Assembly (NCBI GenBank): GCA_964435965.1
Contig: CAYTBB010000002.1
Coordinates: 1 to 63,013, forward strand
Origin: an uncultured Dehalococcoidales bacterium
Lineage (GTDB): Bacteria; Chloroflexota; Dehalococcoidia; GIF9; AB-539-J10
Length of the DNA: 63,013 nt
Direction: 5' to 3'
The position numbers and the translations under genes are program-made. Positions 1 to 9,201 of this stretch are shown in pieces (position 1 is the first letter of the stretch; every line of letters begins with the position of its first letter). Below the pieces are notes generated by a model. That model was given only the letters and a program-made list of their open reading frames with translations, searched no databases and was not told the origin of the DNA.

Positions 1-21
1 AGGTTCTGTTGCCTCTTTAGC

Positions 22-51
22 TTGACAGTCACTTCTTATAGAGGCTATATT
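22..51 (+). promoter_or_regulatory. candidate sigma70-type promoter for tRNA-Ile
   Basis: TTGACA at 22-27, an 18-nt spacer, then TATATT at 46-51. The tRNA 5' end follows about 10 nt downstream. Confidence 0.4.
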
Positions 52-60
52 TTAACTAAA

Positions 61-137
61 GGGCCATTAGCTCAGTTGGTTAGAGCACAGTCCTGATAAG
101 ACTGGGGTCTGTGGTTCGAATCCACAATGGCCCACCA
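61..137 (+). tRNA. tRNA-Ile (anticodon GAT), CCA encoded
   Basis: Hand-folded cloverleaf. Acceptor GGGCCAT/ATGGCCC, D arm GCTC/GAGC, anticodon arm CAGTC-CTGATAA-GACTG, T arm TGTGG-TTCGAAT-CCACA, then ACCA. Confidence 0.9.
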
Positions 138-418
138 TTCTGTACGGTAGACAGAACTCCTAGCTTTTCTACTGAAGTCCCTCCAGGAGCAAGTGGCATA
201 GCATAAGTTAGCAGCACGTTATCCTCGGTTACTTTCACTTCTTTGACAAAGCTTCGAATGAAAGCTTTTCTTTCAGACAGCGAGCTGTTGTTGAGCAAGT
301 TACGCAAGTCTTTGACATAGTGGGACACCATTGCTGGACTTGCTACCTCAACTCGCCTATCCGATAAGGAGCCCTCAATTTCAGCTCTTCTAGCTCGTAA
401 ACAATTCCAAAGCTTTCT
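138..418 (-). pseudogene. C-terminal remnant of a large serine recombinase abutting the tRNA-Ile 3' end
   Basis: The frame reads ...LRARRAEIEGSL..YVKDLRNLLNNSSLSERKAFIRSFVKEVKVTEDNVLLTYAMPL. This is the typical C-terminal tail of large serine recombinases. The frame closes with a stop at 419-421, so the roughly 400 N-terminal residues (catalytic and recombinase domains) are missing. The listed ORF tail (WIRTTDPSLIRTVL) is only antisense read-through of the tRNA. Confidence 0.45.
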
Positions 419-875
419 TTAGTTCAGGCTCTTTCTCTAATTCAATAGAGCCTGTCCATCTTAGCCTCACTTTTGAATCTCCTACGGTAAAGCTGCGGTT
501 TAACACTCTGTAGGCTTTTTGTTTTGTGTACGCCAAGTATCGCGAGTACTCTTCCTCATCACAGGAAAGAATATATGTATAAGTGATGAGGCTTTCCGGA
601 AGCGACCTTGCGAGTATGTAGCACTCTTTCAAATGCAAGTGCCTGGACAGAAGGCTAATGGATAGCCCTGTGTGGTGGATGCTAAACAGCAAAGGGCAAA
701 GGGTCCCTAGACGAGTGCTGTCTAAATGTTTCAATTCGGTGAACTGATATTGGTGCAGGTTTTCCAATAAAGCAAGCTGGTTATTAAAGAAATTGAAGAA
801 AAGACCGGTTGTTTTGTCAGTCCCAAACCCACGTTGACTCGCCATATATGCTTCCCTAATCTGGAAATCCCCCAC
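390..875 (-). CDS. hypothetical protein (no recognisable family)
   Basis: 161-aa ORF. Its 3' end overlaps the truncation point of the recombinase remnant. I recognise no motif. Confidence 0.35.
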   Translation of the reverse strand: MGDFQIREAYMASQRGFGTDKTTGLFFNFFNNQLALLENLHQYQFTELKHLDSTRLGTLCPLLFSIHHTGLSISLLSRHLHLKECYILARSLPESLITYTYILSCDEEEYSRYLAYTKQKAYRVLNRSFTVGDSKVRLRWTGSIELEKEPELKKALELFTS

Positions 876-1117
876 CTTAATTCTATTCTAATTGCAAGTT
901 CCCAGCAATATATGTGCCTGCGATCGGCAGCGCTTTGTCAAAATATGACTGGCCCTCTTGCCGCTATTACATAAATCAGTGGTTTGTTGCCTACAATATG
1001 CCCCATGACCTACGGGCCCAGTCAAACTCCGGCGTTCTTCGAGTAGCGTTTCGCCATCCCATGTAGAAGGGTAGGCAAAGATTTTGGAATTAATTACGAG
1101 AAAGTGCCTTAAGGGTA

Positions 1118-1147
1118 TTGACAAATCGAAAAAGCCGTGTATATATA
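1118..1147 (+). promoter_or_regulatory. candidate sigma70-type promoter of the long + strand cluster
   Basis: TTGACA at 1118-1123, an 18-nt spacer, then TATATA at 1142-1147 inside a (TA)n run. A GGAGG RBS and the ATG at 1205 follow about 55 nt downstream. Confidence 0.45.
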
Positions 1148-1204
1148 TATATGGTATATGGCTACCGCTTACCGCATGCCATACAAAGTGAGACGGAGGG
1201 CGTT

Positions 1205-3886
1205 ATGGGCATACAAGGCGTAATTACTAAAACAATCCGCAGCGGTCTGGCGTCGCTTGATGAACTTCTGCAAGGGCTGCGCTTGGGTGACAATATGGTC
1301 TGGCAGGTTGACCACCTCGAGGACTATCCATACTTTGCACAAGCGTTCGCTGAGCAAGGAATTCGCGACGGTTTGGATTGTGTTTACCTGCGCTTTGCTC
1401 CCCACACCGCGATCCTCGAGCCGCAACCTGGGCTGACGATTACCAGAATCGACCCTAGTGCTGGGTTCGACTATTTCACTGGTGAGATGCACCGAATAAT
1501 TGAAGAATACGGTAAAAGGGTCTGCTATGTCTTCGATAACCTTTCCGCTCTGGTGGATGAGTGGGCTACCGATGAATCGTTGGCTAACTTCTTTCAGGTG
1601 ACCTGCCCCTACCTTTTTGAAGTTGACGCCGTGGCCTACTTTGCTCTCAGGCGTGGACAACATGGCCACGGCGCCATAGCCCGCATACGCAATATTACTC
1701 AGATACTGGTCGATGTTTACCATGTCGGTGACGATACATACATTCAACCGTTGAAAGTCTGGGATCGCTACTCTACATATATGTTTTTGCCTCATCGCAT
1801 TACTGCTAAGGGATGGGAGCCTATCCTTCGTAGCGGCGATGCGGCAACGATACTGACAACCGCCAGCAAACGACCAATTAATCTTAGCTCTGAATCCATT
1901 GCACCTTGGGATACTGTCTATCGCATGGTGATGCAGCACCATGAAACCGGCCCGGATTTACCACGGCCGACTCACAAAACCATAGGCCTAAAGGAAGCAC
2001 TCTCGCGAATGATGATTGGTAACCACAAGAAGTTGAATCACCTGTCCGACCGTTACCTGACCTTGGATGACCTACTTCAAGTCAGAGACCGTCTGATTGG
2101 CTCTGGACGTATCGGCGGTAAAGCAGCCGGCATGCTACTGGCGAGACGTGTTTTGGTTACGGACAAGGGCAAGACTGATTTTACCCAACTGTTGGAAGAG
2201 CATGATTCATTCTATGTCGGCTCGGATGTGTTCTTCACTTTCCTGGTAAATAATGGTCTGTTCCAACTCAGGCTGCAACTGTCAAAAACGGGTAAGCTCT
2301 CAAGGGATGACTTCGCTAAAGTGGAGCAGCAGTTTCTTGCCGGCCGTTTCCCCGAAGAAATAATGGAACAGTTCCGAAACATGCTCGATTACTACGGACA
2401 GGCCCCTATCATTGTCCGCTCCTCAAGTCTTCTAGAGGATAGCTTCACAAATGCCTTTGCTGGAAAGTACCGCAGCGAGTTCTGTGCCAACAAGGGCAGC
2501 CCTGAAGACCGGTTGGAGGCCTTCTTAAGAGCAATCAAACTGGTTTATGCAAGCGCCCTGAACCCGGATGCCCTTGCGTATCGCCACAGGCGCGGTCTTG
2601 GTGAAGGTGATGAACAGATGGCAATCCTGGTGCAACGTGTTTCGGGTATGCCCTACAAGCGATACTTCTTTCCCACCCTAGCAGGGGTAGCCTTCTCGCG
2701 GAACCTTTATGCTTGGACAAACCGCATCGACCCAAAAATGGGGATGATACGATTAGTGTTCGGTCTGGGTACTCGCGCCGTTAACCGCGTCAGCGGCGAT
2801 CACCCCAGAATGATTGCGGTCAGCCACCCCAATCTTAGGCCAGAGATTGGCATGGAAATAGTCAAGTATTCGCAGCGTATGGTAGATGTTCTTAACCTCG
2901 AATCAAATACTTTTGAGATTAAGCCTTTCGCTGAAATAATTGGCGGGAATAACTACCCTGCTCTTCACTTACTGACATCTGAAATAGCCGATGGTTACCT
3001 GCGTGACTGGTTTATGTCCCCACGGGGCAGTTCGGGGGAAAATCTGGTCTTGACCTTTAACAATTTGATAAATCGAACCGCGCTGGTCAACATAATCGGG
3101 GAGATGTTAATCAAGCTGGAGGAGGCATGGAGCCAGCCGATAGATATTGAATTTACAGCACATGTCGACAGTGAGGGTAACGTAAGGATCAATTTACTAC
3201 AATGCCGCTCATTACGTGTACCCAAGTCAGAGGGTGCTGCTATCAGCATTCCTAAAAATCTCCCCAAGGAAAGAGTGCTGTTCCGCTCCAACAGGGTAAT
3301 AAGCGCCGGGGTGGTTAGAGACATTCGATATATTATCTATATCGACCCCAGAAAATATGCCGAAATAGCAACAATTGATATTAAGGGGACTCTGGGGCGA
3401 GTGATGGGTAAGCTAAATGACCATTTACGTCATAAGGAGGGCAAAGTTATGGCGATGGGACCGGGCCGCTGGGGCAGCAATAACATTGAGCTTGGCGTTA
3501 ACGTGAGCTATGCAGATATTCATGACACGGCGGTACTGGTGGAAGTTGCCCACAAGGAAGCAGGCCATGAGCCGGAAGTCTCCTATGGAACCCACTTCTT
3601 CCAGGACTTAGTGGAGTCTGACATGCTTTATCTTCCCGTTTATCCTGATGATGACGCCGCTGACTTTAATACCGAGTTCTTTGCTCGCTCACCCAACATA
3701 ATGAAGAACTTACTCCCAGAACTGAGCAGCTTTGAGGATGTGGTGCACGTAATTGATGTGCTAGCGGCAACGAGTGGCGCTTCAGCAAAGGTCATTGCTG
3801 ACCTTGAGACCCGCAGTGCCGTTTGTTTTCTGGATAAAATCAAGGAGAAAGGAAAACTATCCCAAAAAGAGGAGGCAAGAAAATGA
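1205..3886 (+). CDS. PEP/pyruvate-binding (PPDK_N-type) domain protein with an N-terminal degenerate KaiC/RecA-like domain and an uncharacterised C-terminal domain
   Basis: The central region has PPDK_N hallmarks (GGKAAGMLLA; VRSSSLLEDS..FAGKYRS). The N-terminal ~230 aa resembles a KaiC-like fold but has no Walker A motif. The start was moved to ATG 1205 (GGAGG 7 nt upstream) because the track's TTG at 1118 is the -35 box. Confidence 0.7.
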   Translation: MGIQGVITKTIRSGLASLDELLQGLRLGDNMVWQVDHLEDYPYFAQAFAEQGIRDGLDCVYLRFAPHTAILEPQPGLTITRIDPSAGFDYFTGEMHRIIEEYGKRVCYVFDNLSALVDEWATDESLANFFQVTCPYLFEVDAVAYFALRRGQHGHGAIARIRNITQILVDVYHVGDDTYIQPLKVWDRYSTYMFLPHRITAKGWEPILRSGDAATILTTASKRPINLSSESIAPWDTVYRMVMQHHETGPDLPRPTHKTIGLKEALSRMMIGNHKKLNHLSDRYLTLDDLLQVRDRLIGSGRIGGKAAGMLLARRVLVTDKGKTDFTQLLEEHDSFYVGSDVFFTFLVNNGLFQLRLQLSKTGKLSRDDFAKVEQQFLAGRFPEEIMEQFRNMLDYYGQAPIIVRSSSLLEDSFTNAFAGKYRSEFCANKGSPEDRLEAFLRAIKLVYASALNPDALAYRHRRGLGEGDEQMAILVQRVSGMPYKRYFFPTLAGVAFSRNLYAWTNRIDPKMGMIRLVFGLGTRAVNRVSGDHPRMIAVSHPNLRPEIGMEIVKYSQRMVDVLNLESNTFEIKPFAEIIGGNNYPALHLLTSEIADGYLRDWFMSPRGSSGENLVLTFNNLINRTALVNIIGEMLIKLEEAWSQPIDIEFTAHVDSEGNVRINLLQCRSLRVPKSEGAAISIPKNLPKERVLFRSNRVISAGVVRDIRYIIYIDPRKYAEIATIDIKGTLGRVMGKLNDHLRHKEGKVMAMGPGRWGSNNIELGVNVSYADIHDTAVLVEVAHKEAGHEPEVSYGTHFFQDLVESDMLYLPVYPDDDAADFNTEFFARSPNIMKNLLPELSSFEDVVHVIDVLAATSGASAKVIADLETRSAVCFLDKIKEKGKLSQKEEARK

Positions 3887-5541
3887 ACCTACAGAGACCA
3901 AATGCAAATGATGCCACCAGAACTGCCAATCGCTCCAAGAACGTAGTGCCAATGAGCGGACTTTGCAGTCGCTGCATTGACGGCTGCACTGGAAACTGTG
4001 AGGTGTTCAAGGCAACTTTCCGTAGCCGGGAGCTAATCTATCCCGGACCCTTTGGCGAAGTTACCGCTGGTGCAGATAAGAACTATCCTGTTGATTACTC
4101 ACACCTTAATATCCAGGGGTATGCATTGGGAGCCAAAGGATTACCTGAAGGCACTATCGGTGACTCAGATACGGCTATTTTCCCGGCAGTAAACATGGAG
4201 ACTGAATACGGCTGGGATAGAAAAGTCAGGATGAGTATCCCCATATTCACCGGGGCGCTGGGTTCTACTGAGATAGCTCGCAAGAACTGGGAACATTTTG
4301 CTATCGGCGCTGCCCTAAGTGGAATTACCCTCGTCTGTGGCGAAAACGTCTGCGGTATGGACCCCCAGCTTGAACTCGATAGACACAGTAAGATTGTTTC
4401 TGCACCGGACATGGACCGTCGAATCGAAATCTACCGTCACTACCACAATGGTTACGGCGAAATCCTGGTACAGATGAATGTTGAGGATACCAGACTGGGT
4501 GTTGCTGAGTACGTAAGCCAGAAGCACGGGCTGGACACTATTGAGTTAAAATGGGGGCAGGGCGCCAAATGCATCGGCGGAGAGGTAAAGGTTAACAGCC
4601 TGGAACGAGCCCTGCAGCTTCAGAGGCGCGGCTATATTGTCACTCCCGACCCCTCACATCCCGTCAACCAGGCAGCTTTTAGGGACGGTGCTCTAAAAGA
4701 ATTTGAACGCCATAGTCGCCTCGGCTTCATTGATGAAGATGGTTTTCAAGCCGAGATCCAACGGCTCCGGAACTTGGGCTTTAAACGCATCACTCTGAAA
4801 ACAGGTGCCTACAGTCTGCGCGAGTTGGCAATGGCGATCAAGTGGGGCTCAAAGGCCGAGATTGACCTGTTGACCATAGACGGCGCTGGCGGCGGCACCG
4901 GGATGAGCCCCTGGCGCATGATGGAGGAATGGGGTATGCCCAGTCTCTATCTGCATTCCGCGGCCTATGAATTCTGTCAAAAGTTAGCTGAGAAAGGTGA
5001 ACGAGTACCCGATATTGCCTTCGGTGGTGGCTTCAGCAGTGAGGATGGTGTTTTTAAGGCGCTGGCCTTGGGCACACCCTTTACTAAGGCAGTATGTATG
5101 GGGCGAGCACTGATGATTCCGGGCATGGTCGGCAAGAATATCCAACAGTGGCTAGCTGAGGGCAAATTGCCGAATACCGTGGGCCAGTTTGGCTCAACTC
5201 CGGAGGAAATATTCGTCTGCTATGAAGATGTCAAGAACATAGTAGGCGTAAATGAAATGAAGAATATTCCTCTGGGTGCCATTGGAATCTATAGCTATGT
5301 CGAGAAGATAAAGGTTGGGTTGCAGCAGTTAATGGCCGGCACCAGGTGTTTTAGTGTGGCCGCAATTACGCGGCGGGAGCTCATGTCTCTCACTGAAGAA
5401 TGTGCCAGAGTCACTGGAATACCTTACTTAATGGATGCCTACCGTGACGAAGCAATGGAGATTCTGGATGGCAACCGCTATGCTCGTGTCAAAAGTAGTA
5501 TGCTGGGCAGCACTGAGTATCATGCCCCAGTTCCAAAATGA
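3883..5541 (+). CDS. FMN-binding glutamate synthase-related protein (GltS domain-2 paralog) with an N-terminal CX2CX3CX3C motif
   Basis: KWGQGAKCIGGE and DGAGGGTGMSP resemble the GltS FMN-domain signatures. There is an ATGA start/stop overlap with the upstream gene. Confidence 0.75.
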   Translation: MNLQRPNANDATRTANRSKNVVPMSGLCSRCIDGCTGNCEVFKATFRSRELIYPGPFGEVTAGADKNYPVDYSHLNIQGYALGAKGLPEGTIGDSDTAIFPAVNMETEYGWDRKVRMSIPIFTGALGSTEIARKNWEHFAIGAALSGITLVCGENVCGMDPQLELDRHSKIVSAPDMDRRIEIYRHYHNGYGEILVQMNVEDTRLGVAEYVSQKHGLDTIELKWGQGAKCIGGEVKVNSLERALQLQRRGYIVTPDPSHPVNQAAFRDGALKEFERHSRLGFIDEDGFQAEIQRLRNLGFKRITLKTGAYSLRELAMAIKWGSKAEIDLLTIDGAGGGTGMSPWRMMEEWGMPSLYLHSAAYEFCQKLAEKGERVPDIAFGGGFSSEDGVFKALALGTPFTKAVCMGRALMIPGMVGKNIQQWLAEGKLPNTVGQFGSTPEEIFVCYEDVKNIVGVNEMKNIPLGAIGIYSYVEKIKVGLQQLMAGTRCFSVAAITRRELMSLTEECARVTGIPYLMDAYRDEAMEILDGNRYARVKSSMLGSTEYHAPVPK

Positions 5542-5586
5542 TGGAGAAGAGTTTGATGTTGTTGACAAGCAAGGAGTCATACGCCG

Positions 5587-6030
5587 ATGTTTAGGGTCTA
5601 TGTCAATGAGAATGTCTGTATCGGCTGTCACCTCTGTGAGGTGTATTGCCAGCTACAACATGCGCAATCCAAAGACTTAATCAAGGCATTCAAAAGGGAA
5701 TCACCACGTCCTTTGCCAAGACTCCGGGTGGAAGAAAAGGGGGCGGTATCCTTATCAGTGCGTTGTCAGCATTGTGATGAAGCGCCATGTGTCTATGCCT
5801 GTCTTACTGGCACTCTTCATCGGGACGTCGACAGCGGTGTCATCATTGCTGATGAGGAAAGGTGTATAGGTTGCTGGATGTGTATGCTGGTTTGTCCCTT
5901 TGGCGCCATAAGACAGGACACAACGCGAGGGAAGATGCTAAAATGCAACCTGTGCCAAGGAGAGAATATCCCGGTTTGTGTTACCAATTGCCCTAATGAT
6001 GCACTGGTATATGCCGAGATTGACGGTTGA
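5587..6030 (+). CDS. 4Fe-4S dicluster ferredoxin-domain protein
   Basis: Four Cys clusters: CIGCHLCEVYC, CQHCDEAPCVYAC, CIGCWMCMLVCP and CNLCQG..PVCVTNCP. Confidence 0.8.
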   Translation: MFRVYVNENVCIGCHLCEVYCQLQHAQSKDLIKAFKRESPRPLPRLRVEEKGAVSLSVRCQHCDEAPCVYACLTGTLHRDVDSGVIIADEERCIGCWMCMLVCPFGAIRQDTTRGKMLKCNLCQGENIPVCVTNCPNDALVYAEIDG

Positions 6031-6060
6031 TACCAATGACCTCGAGGGTACGGAGATAAA

Positions 6061-6687
6061 ATGATTACCATAGTTGATTATGGTGCCGGTAATCTGCGCA
6101 GCGTGGTTAATGCTGTCAGTAAACTGGGCTACCGACCAAAGGTGAGCAGCAGTCCCAACGATGTGCTCAATGCCCAGGCAGTTATTCTGCCCGGGGTTGG
6201 TGCTGGGGGTGATACTATGACCAACCTTATTAAGTTGGGACTGGCTAACTCTATTCGCCAGCTTATTACTGAGGGTCGGCCCTTCTTTGGCATCTGTATC
6301 GGCTTACAGGTCTTATTTAGCATCACTGAAGAAGGGGGTTGGCATGAGTGTCTTGATGTCATTCCCGGTCGTGTTAGGAAACTTCCTTTAGGGCTCAAGA
6401 TACCGCACATGGGGTGGAATCAGGTGAGGCAGATGGTTTCACACCCTATATTTGAGGGCATACCCGATGGGGCTAATTTCTACTTTGCGCATAGCTACTG
6501 TGCTGAGCCAGATGATAGGTCACTGGTGGCTGGCGAGACTGAATATGGCATCCCCATCTGCAGTGTGATTGCTAGAGGAAACCTAGTAGCAACTCAATTT
6601 CACCCGGAGAAGAGCGGCGATTTTGGGTTGAAGATATATGCCAATTTCATAAAACTGGCTATGGAGACAAGTAATCTCAAAAGGTGA
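6061..6687 (+). CDS. hisH: imidazole glycerol phosphate synthase, glutaminase subunit HisH
   Basis: ITIVDYGAGNLRSV, GICIGLQ (nucleophile Cys), HMGWN, FYFAHSY and QFHPEKSG. Confidence 0.9.
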   Translation: MITIVDYGAGNLRSVVNAVSKLGYRPKVSSSPNDVLNAQAVILPGVGAGGDTMTNLIKLGLANSIRQLITEGRPFFGICIGLQVLFSITEEGGWHECLDVIPGRVRKLPLGLKIPHMGWNQVRQMVSHPIFEGIPDGANFYFAHSYCAEPDDRSLVAGETEYGIPICSVIARGNLVATQFHPEKSGDFGLKIYANFIKLAMETSNLKR

Positions 6688-6694
6688 GGACACA

Positions 6695-8038
6695 ATGACA
6701 AGGAATGCAGTCAAATATTTGATCATAGGTAATTCATCCGGTGGCATCGGTGCGGGTGAAGCTATACGCGAGGTAGATAGGCAAAGCACTATGGCTATTG
6801 TTTCTGACGAGCCCTATCCCGCCTACTCACGACCGCTCATCTCACAATATCTAACTGAGCGGTGCCCTCTGGAGAAGATGCTGTTTCGCCCGGCGGATTT
6901 CTACGAAAAGAACAATATTCAGACTATTCTGGGCCAGAAAGTAGCGGAGCTTAATGTCGATAAACATACCATTAAGCTTGAGGACGGCACAACAATAACC
7001 TGGGAGAAGTTATTGCTGGCTACTGGCGGCTTACCTATCGTGCCCGAGATAGCGGGTATCGACCTGAAAGGAGTCTTTACCTTTGCCACGCTTGATGACG
7101 CCAAGGCAATCGCTCAGTTCCTGAGCCACTATGGGAGAAAGGTAAGGGCTGTGGTCATCGGTGGTGGCCTCATCGGGGTGAGTGTTACTGAAGCACTGGT
7201 AAAGCAAGGGATTGAGGTCACCATTGTCGAGATGAAAGAGCGAATTTTGAACACTATTCTTGATGAAGGGGCATCGGCTCTGGAGGAGAAAGCTCTAGCG
7301 GAGGCCGGTGTTGAAATAATAACCGGACATACGGTGGGCAAGGTCAGCAGCTATTTGCCCGGTGAAGCCACTGGTGTCAGCCTTGATGATAGCCGGCCGA
7401 TGCCCTGTGAAATGGTCATCATAGCGATTGGCGTTCAGCCGCGCATTGAACTTGTGTCTGATAGTGGGATTAAGACAAACCGTGGCATAATCGTTGACTG
7501 CCATATGGCCACATCCAAGCCTGATGTCTATGCGAGCGGGGACGTAGCTGAGGCTTATGATTTCGTCTACGGAGAGAATCGGCTCACTCCTATCTGGCCT
7601 AACGCCCACCTAGGAGGAAGGATCGCTGGCTTGAATATGGCTGGTGTTCCAGCTGGGTATCCGGGCGGGACAGCGATGAATTCCCTGAAATACTTCGGAG
7701 TGAATATTGTCTCGGCTGGCATGGTAACTCCACCTGATGATAGCTACGAAGTAATCAGCTCTAAGCACAACCACATCTACAAGAAGGTGGTGCTGAAGGG
7801 CGGAATAATTGTCGGCATGGTCTTTGCGGGCGATGTTGAAAGGTCGGGCATTATCTACAATTTGATGAAGGAAAAGGTAGACGTCAACAGTTTCAAGGAG
7901 GTTCTCGTCGCTGATGATTTCGGCCTGGCTTCTCTCCCTGAGGAAATCTGGCGAGCGCGGTTAACCATGCCAACATCGGGTTGCATTTCTCCGGGGAACA
8001 TCCGAGAGCAACCTAAGGAATTGGCCTTGGGAGAGTAA
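6695..8038 (+). CDS. FAD/NAD(P)-dependent pyridine nucleotide-disulfide-family oxidoreductase (possible electron-input partner of the split GOGAT)
   Basis: Two Rossmann motifs (IIGNSSGGIGAGEA and VIGGGLIGVSVTEAL), plus ASGDVAE near the C-terminal part. Confidence 0.75.
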   Translation: MTRNAVKYLIIGNSSGGIGAGEAIREVDRQSTMAIVSDEPYPAYSRPLISQYLTERCPLEKMLFRPADFYEKNNIQTILGQKVAELNVDKHTIKLEDGTTITWEKLLLATGGLPIVPEIAGIDLKGVFTFATLDDAKAIAQFLSHYGRKVRAVVIGGGLIGVSVTEALVKQGIEVTIVEMKERILNTILDEGASALEEKALAEAGVEIITGHTVGKVSSYLPGEATGVSLDDSRPMPCEMVIIAIGVQPRIELVSDSGIKTNRGIIVDCHMATSKPDVYASGDVAEAYDFVYGENRLTPIWPNAHLGGRIAGLNMAGVPAGYPGGTAMNSLKYFGVNIVSAGMVTPPDDSYEVISSKHNHIYKKVVLKGGIIVGMVFAGDVERSGIIYNLMKEKVDVNSFKEVLVADDFGLASLPEEIWRARLTMPTSGCISPGNIREQPKELALGE

Positions 8039-8061
8039 ACTTTATTCCAGGAGATACAACG

Positions 8062-9201
8062 ATGAAAAAGATTGACCGAATAAATAACCCCTACGATGAC
8101 GATAAGATAATTGATGCCTGCTCACTATTCGGAGCAATGGATACCTCGGGAAGGAGATTTTGTGGGGAAGGTGTTATCCGAGCTATTGCCAATATGCATG
8201 TCCGTGGCAATGGTTTGGGTGGAGGATTTGCCATCTATGGGTTATATCCAAACTACGCTGACCTCTATGCCTTCCACATAATGTATTTGAGCCAAGAGGG
8301 ACAACGAAAGACCGAAGCATTCCTTAAAGACAAGTTTGACCTTGCTCATGACGAAGAGGTACCAACGCGACCGACACTGGGGATTGTGAAGCCCCCACTG
8401 GTATGGCGCTATTTCCTTGAGGTAGGTCAGCACAAGCCTGGAGAGGGGTCAGAGGACGACTATGTAGTGGACAGGGTGATGGAGATAAATACCAAGCTTG
8501 AAGATACCTTTGTCTTTTCCAGTGGCAAGGATATGGGTGTGTTCAAAGGTGTAGGTTATCCTGAGGAGATAGCCGAATATTTCTGTCTGGAACAGTATGA
8601 GGGTTCCCTGTGGACTGCTCATGGGCGGTTCCCGACCAATACACCGGGATGGTGGGGCGGCGCTCACCCATTTTGTATCTTGGGCTGGACAGTAGTTCAC
8701 AACGGTGAGATTTCGTCCTACGGAATCAATCAGCGTTACTTGGAACAGTTCGGCTACCACTGCACCATGCAGACTGATACTGAGGTGGTAGCCTACGCTG
8801 TTGACCTACTAATGCGGAAGCACAACCTACCGATACAGATAATGGCCAAGATACTGGCACCACCCTTCTGGAGTGATATTCAGCGCATGCCACTAGGAGA
8901 GCAGAAGCTAATGCGAATTCTGCGTCAGGTGTATGCTAGTCTGCTCTTGAATGGGCCGTTCACAGTGATTATTGCCCATCAGGGCGAGATGATCGGGCTT
9001 ACCGACCGCATCAGACTGCGCCCGCTGACTGCGGCGATAAAGGGCGATATGCTATACCTCTCCTCTGAGGAGTCGGCTATTCGCTTGGTTTGTCATGACC
9101 TGGATAGGGCATGGATTCCAATGGGTGGCGAGCCTATCGTAGGAAGACTCGGCAGGTCACTTCAACCGAAGGAGATGGTTGCTGTTAGGGAGAGGGTATA
9201 G
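8062..9201 (+). CDS. class II (Ntn) glutamine amidotransferase, stand-alone GltS domain-1 type
   Basis: Candidate N-terminal nucleophile Cys in ..DACSLFGAM. HGRFPTNTPG matches the GltS/PurF-type R-F-x-T-N-T motif. The gene sits with the GltS domain-2 and domain-3 genes. Confidence 0.8.
   Translation: MKKIDRINNPYDDDKIIDACSLFGAMDTSGRRFCGEGVIRAIANMHVRGNGLGGGFAIYGLYPNYADLYAFHIMYLSQEGQRKTEAFLKDKFDLAHDEEVPTRPTLGIVKPPLVWRYFLEVGQHKPGEGSEDDYVVDRVMEINTKLEDTFVFSSGKDMGVFKGVGYPEEIAEYFCLEQYEGSLWTAHGRFPTNTPGWWGGAHPFCILGWTVVHNGEISSYGINQRYLEQFGYHCTMQTDTEVVAYAVDLLMRKHNLPIQIMAKILAPPFWSDIQRMPLGEQKLMRILRQVYASLLLNGPFTVIIAHQGEMIGLTDRIRLRPLTAAIKGDMLYLSSEESAIRLVCHDLDRAWIPMGGEPIVGRLGRSLQPKEMVAVRERV

Noticed and set aside
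1118-1204. The TTG at 1118 given by the ORF track as the start of the 922-aa ORF.
   Set aside because: That TTG is the first base of a TTGACA box, followed at proper spacing by a TATA-rich -10. The encoded residues (MTNRKSRVYIYMVYGY...) look like translated promoter sequence. The ATG at 1205 has a GGAGG RBS.
1169-1942. Long antisense ORFs inside well-supported genes. Examples: 1169-1942 (-), 22838-23431 (-), 24615-25082 (-), 40504-40953 (+), 57468-58047 and their copies.
   Set aside because: They lie fully within strongly recognisable genes on the opposite strand. They have no motifs or RBS and are most frequent in the GC-rich duplicated gene. These are shadow ORFs.
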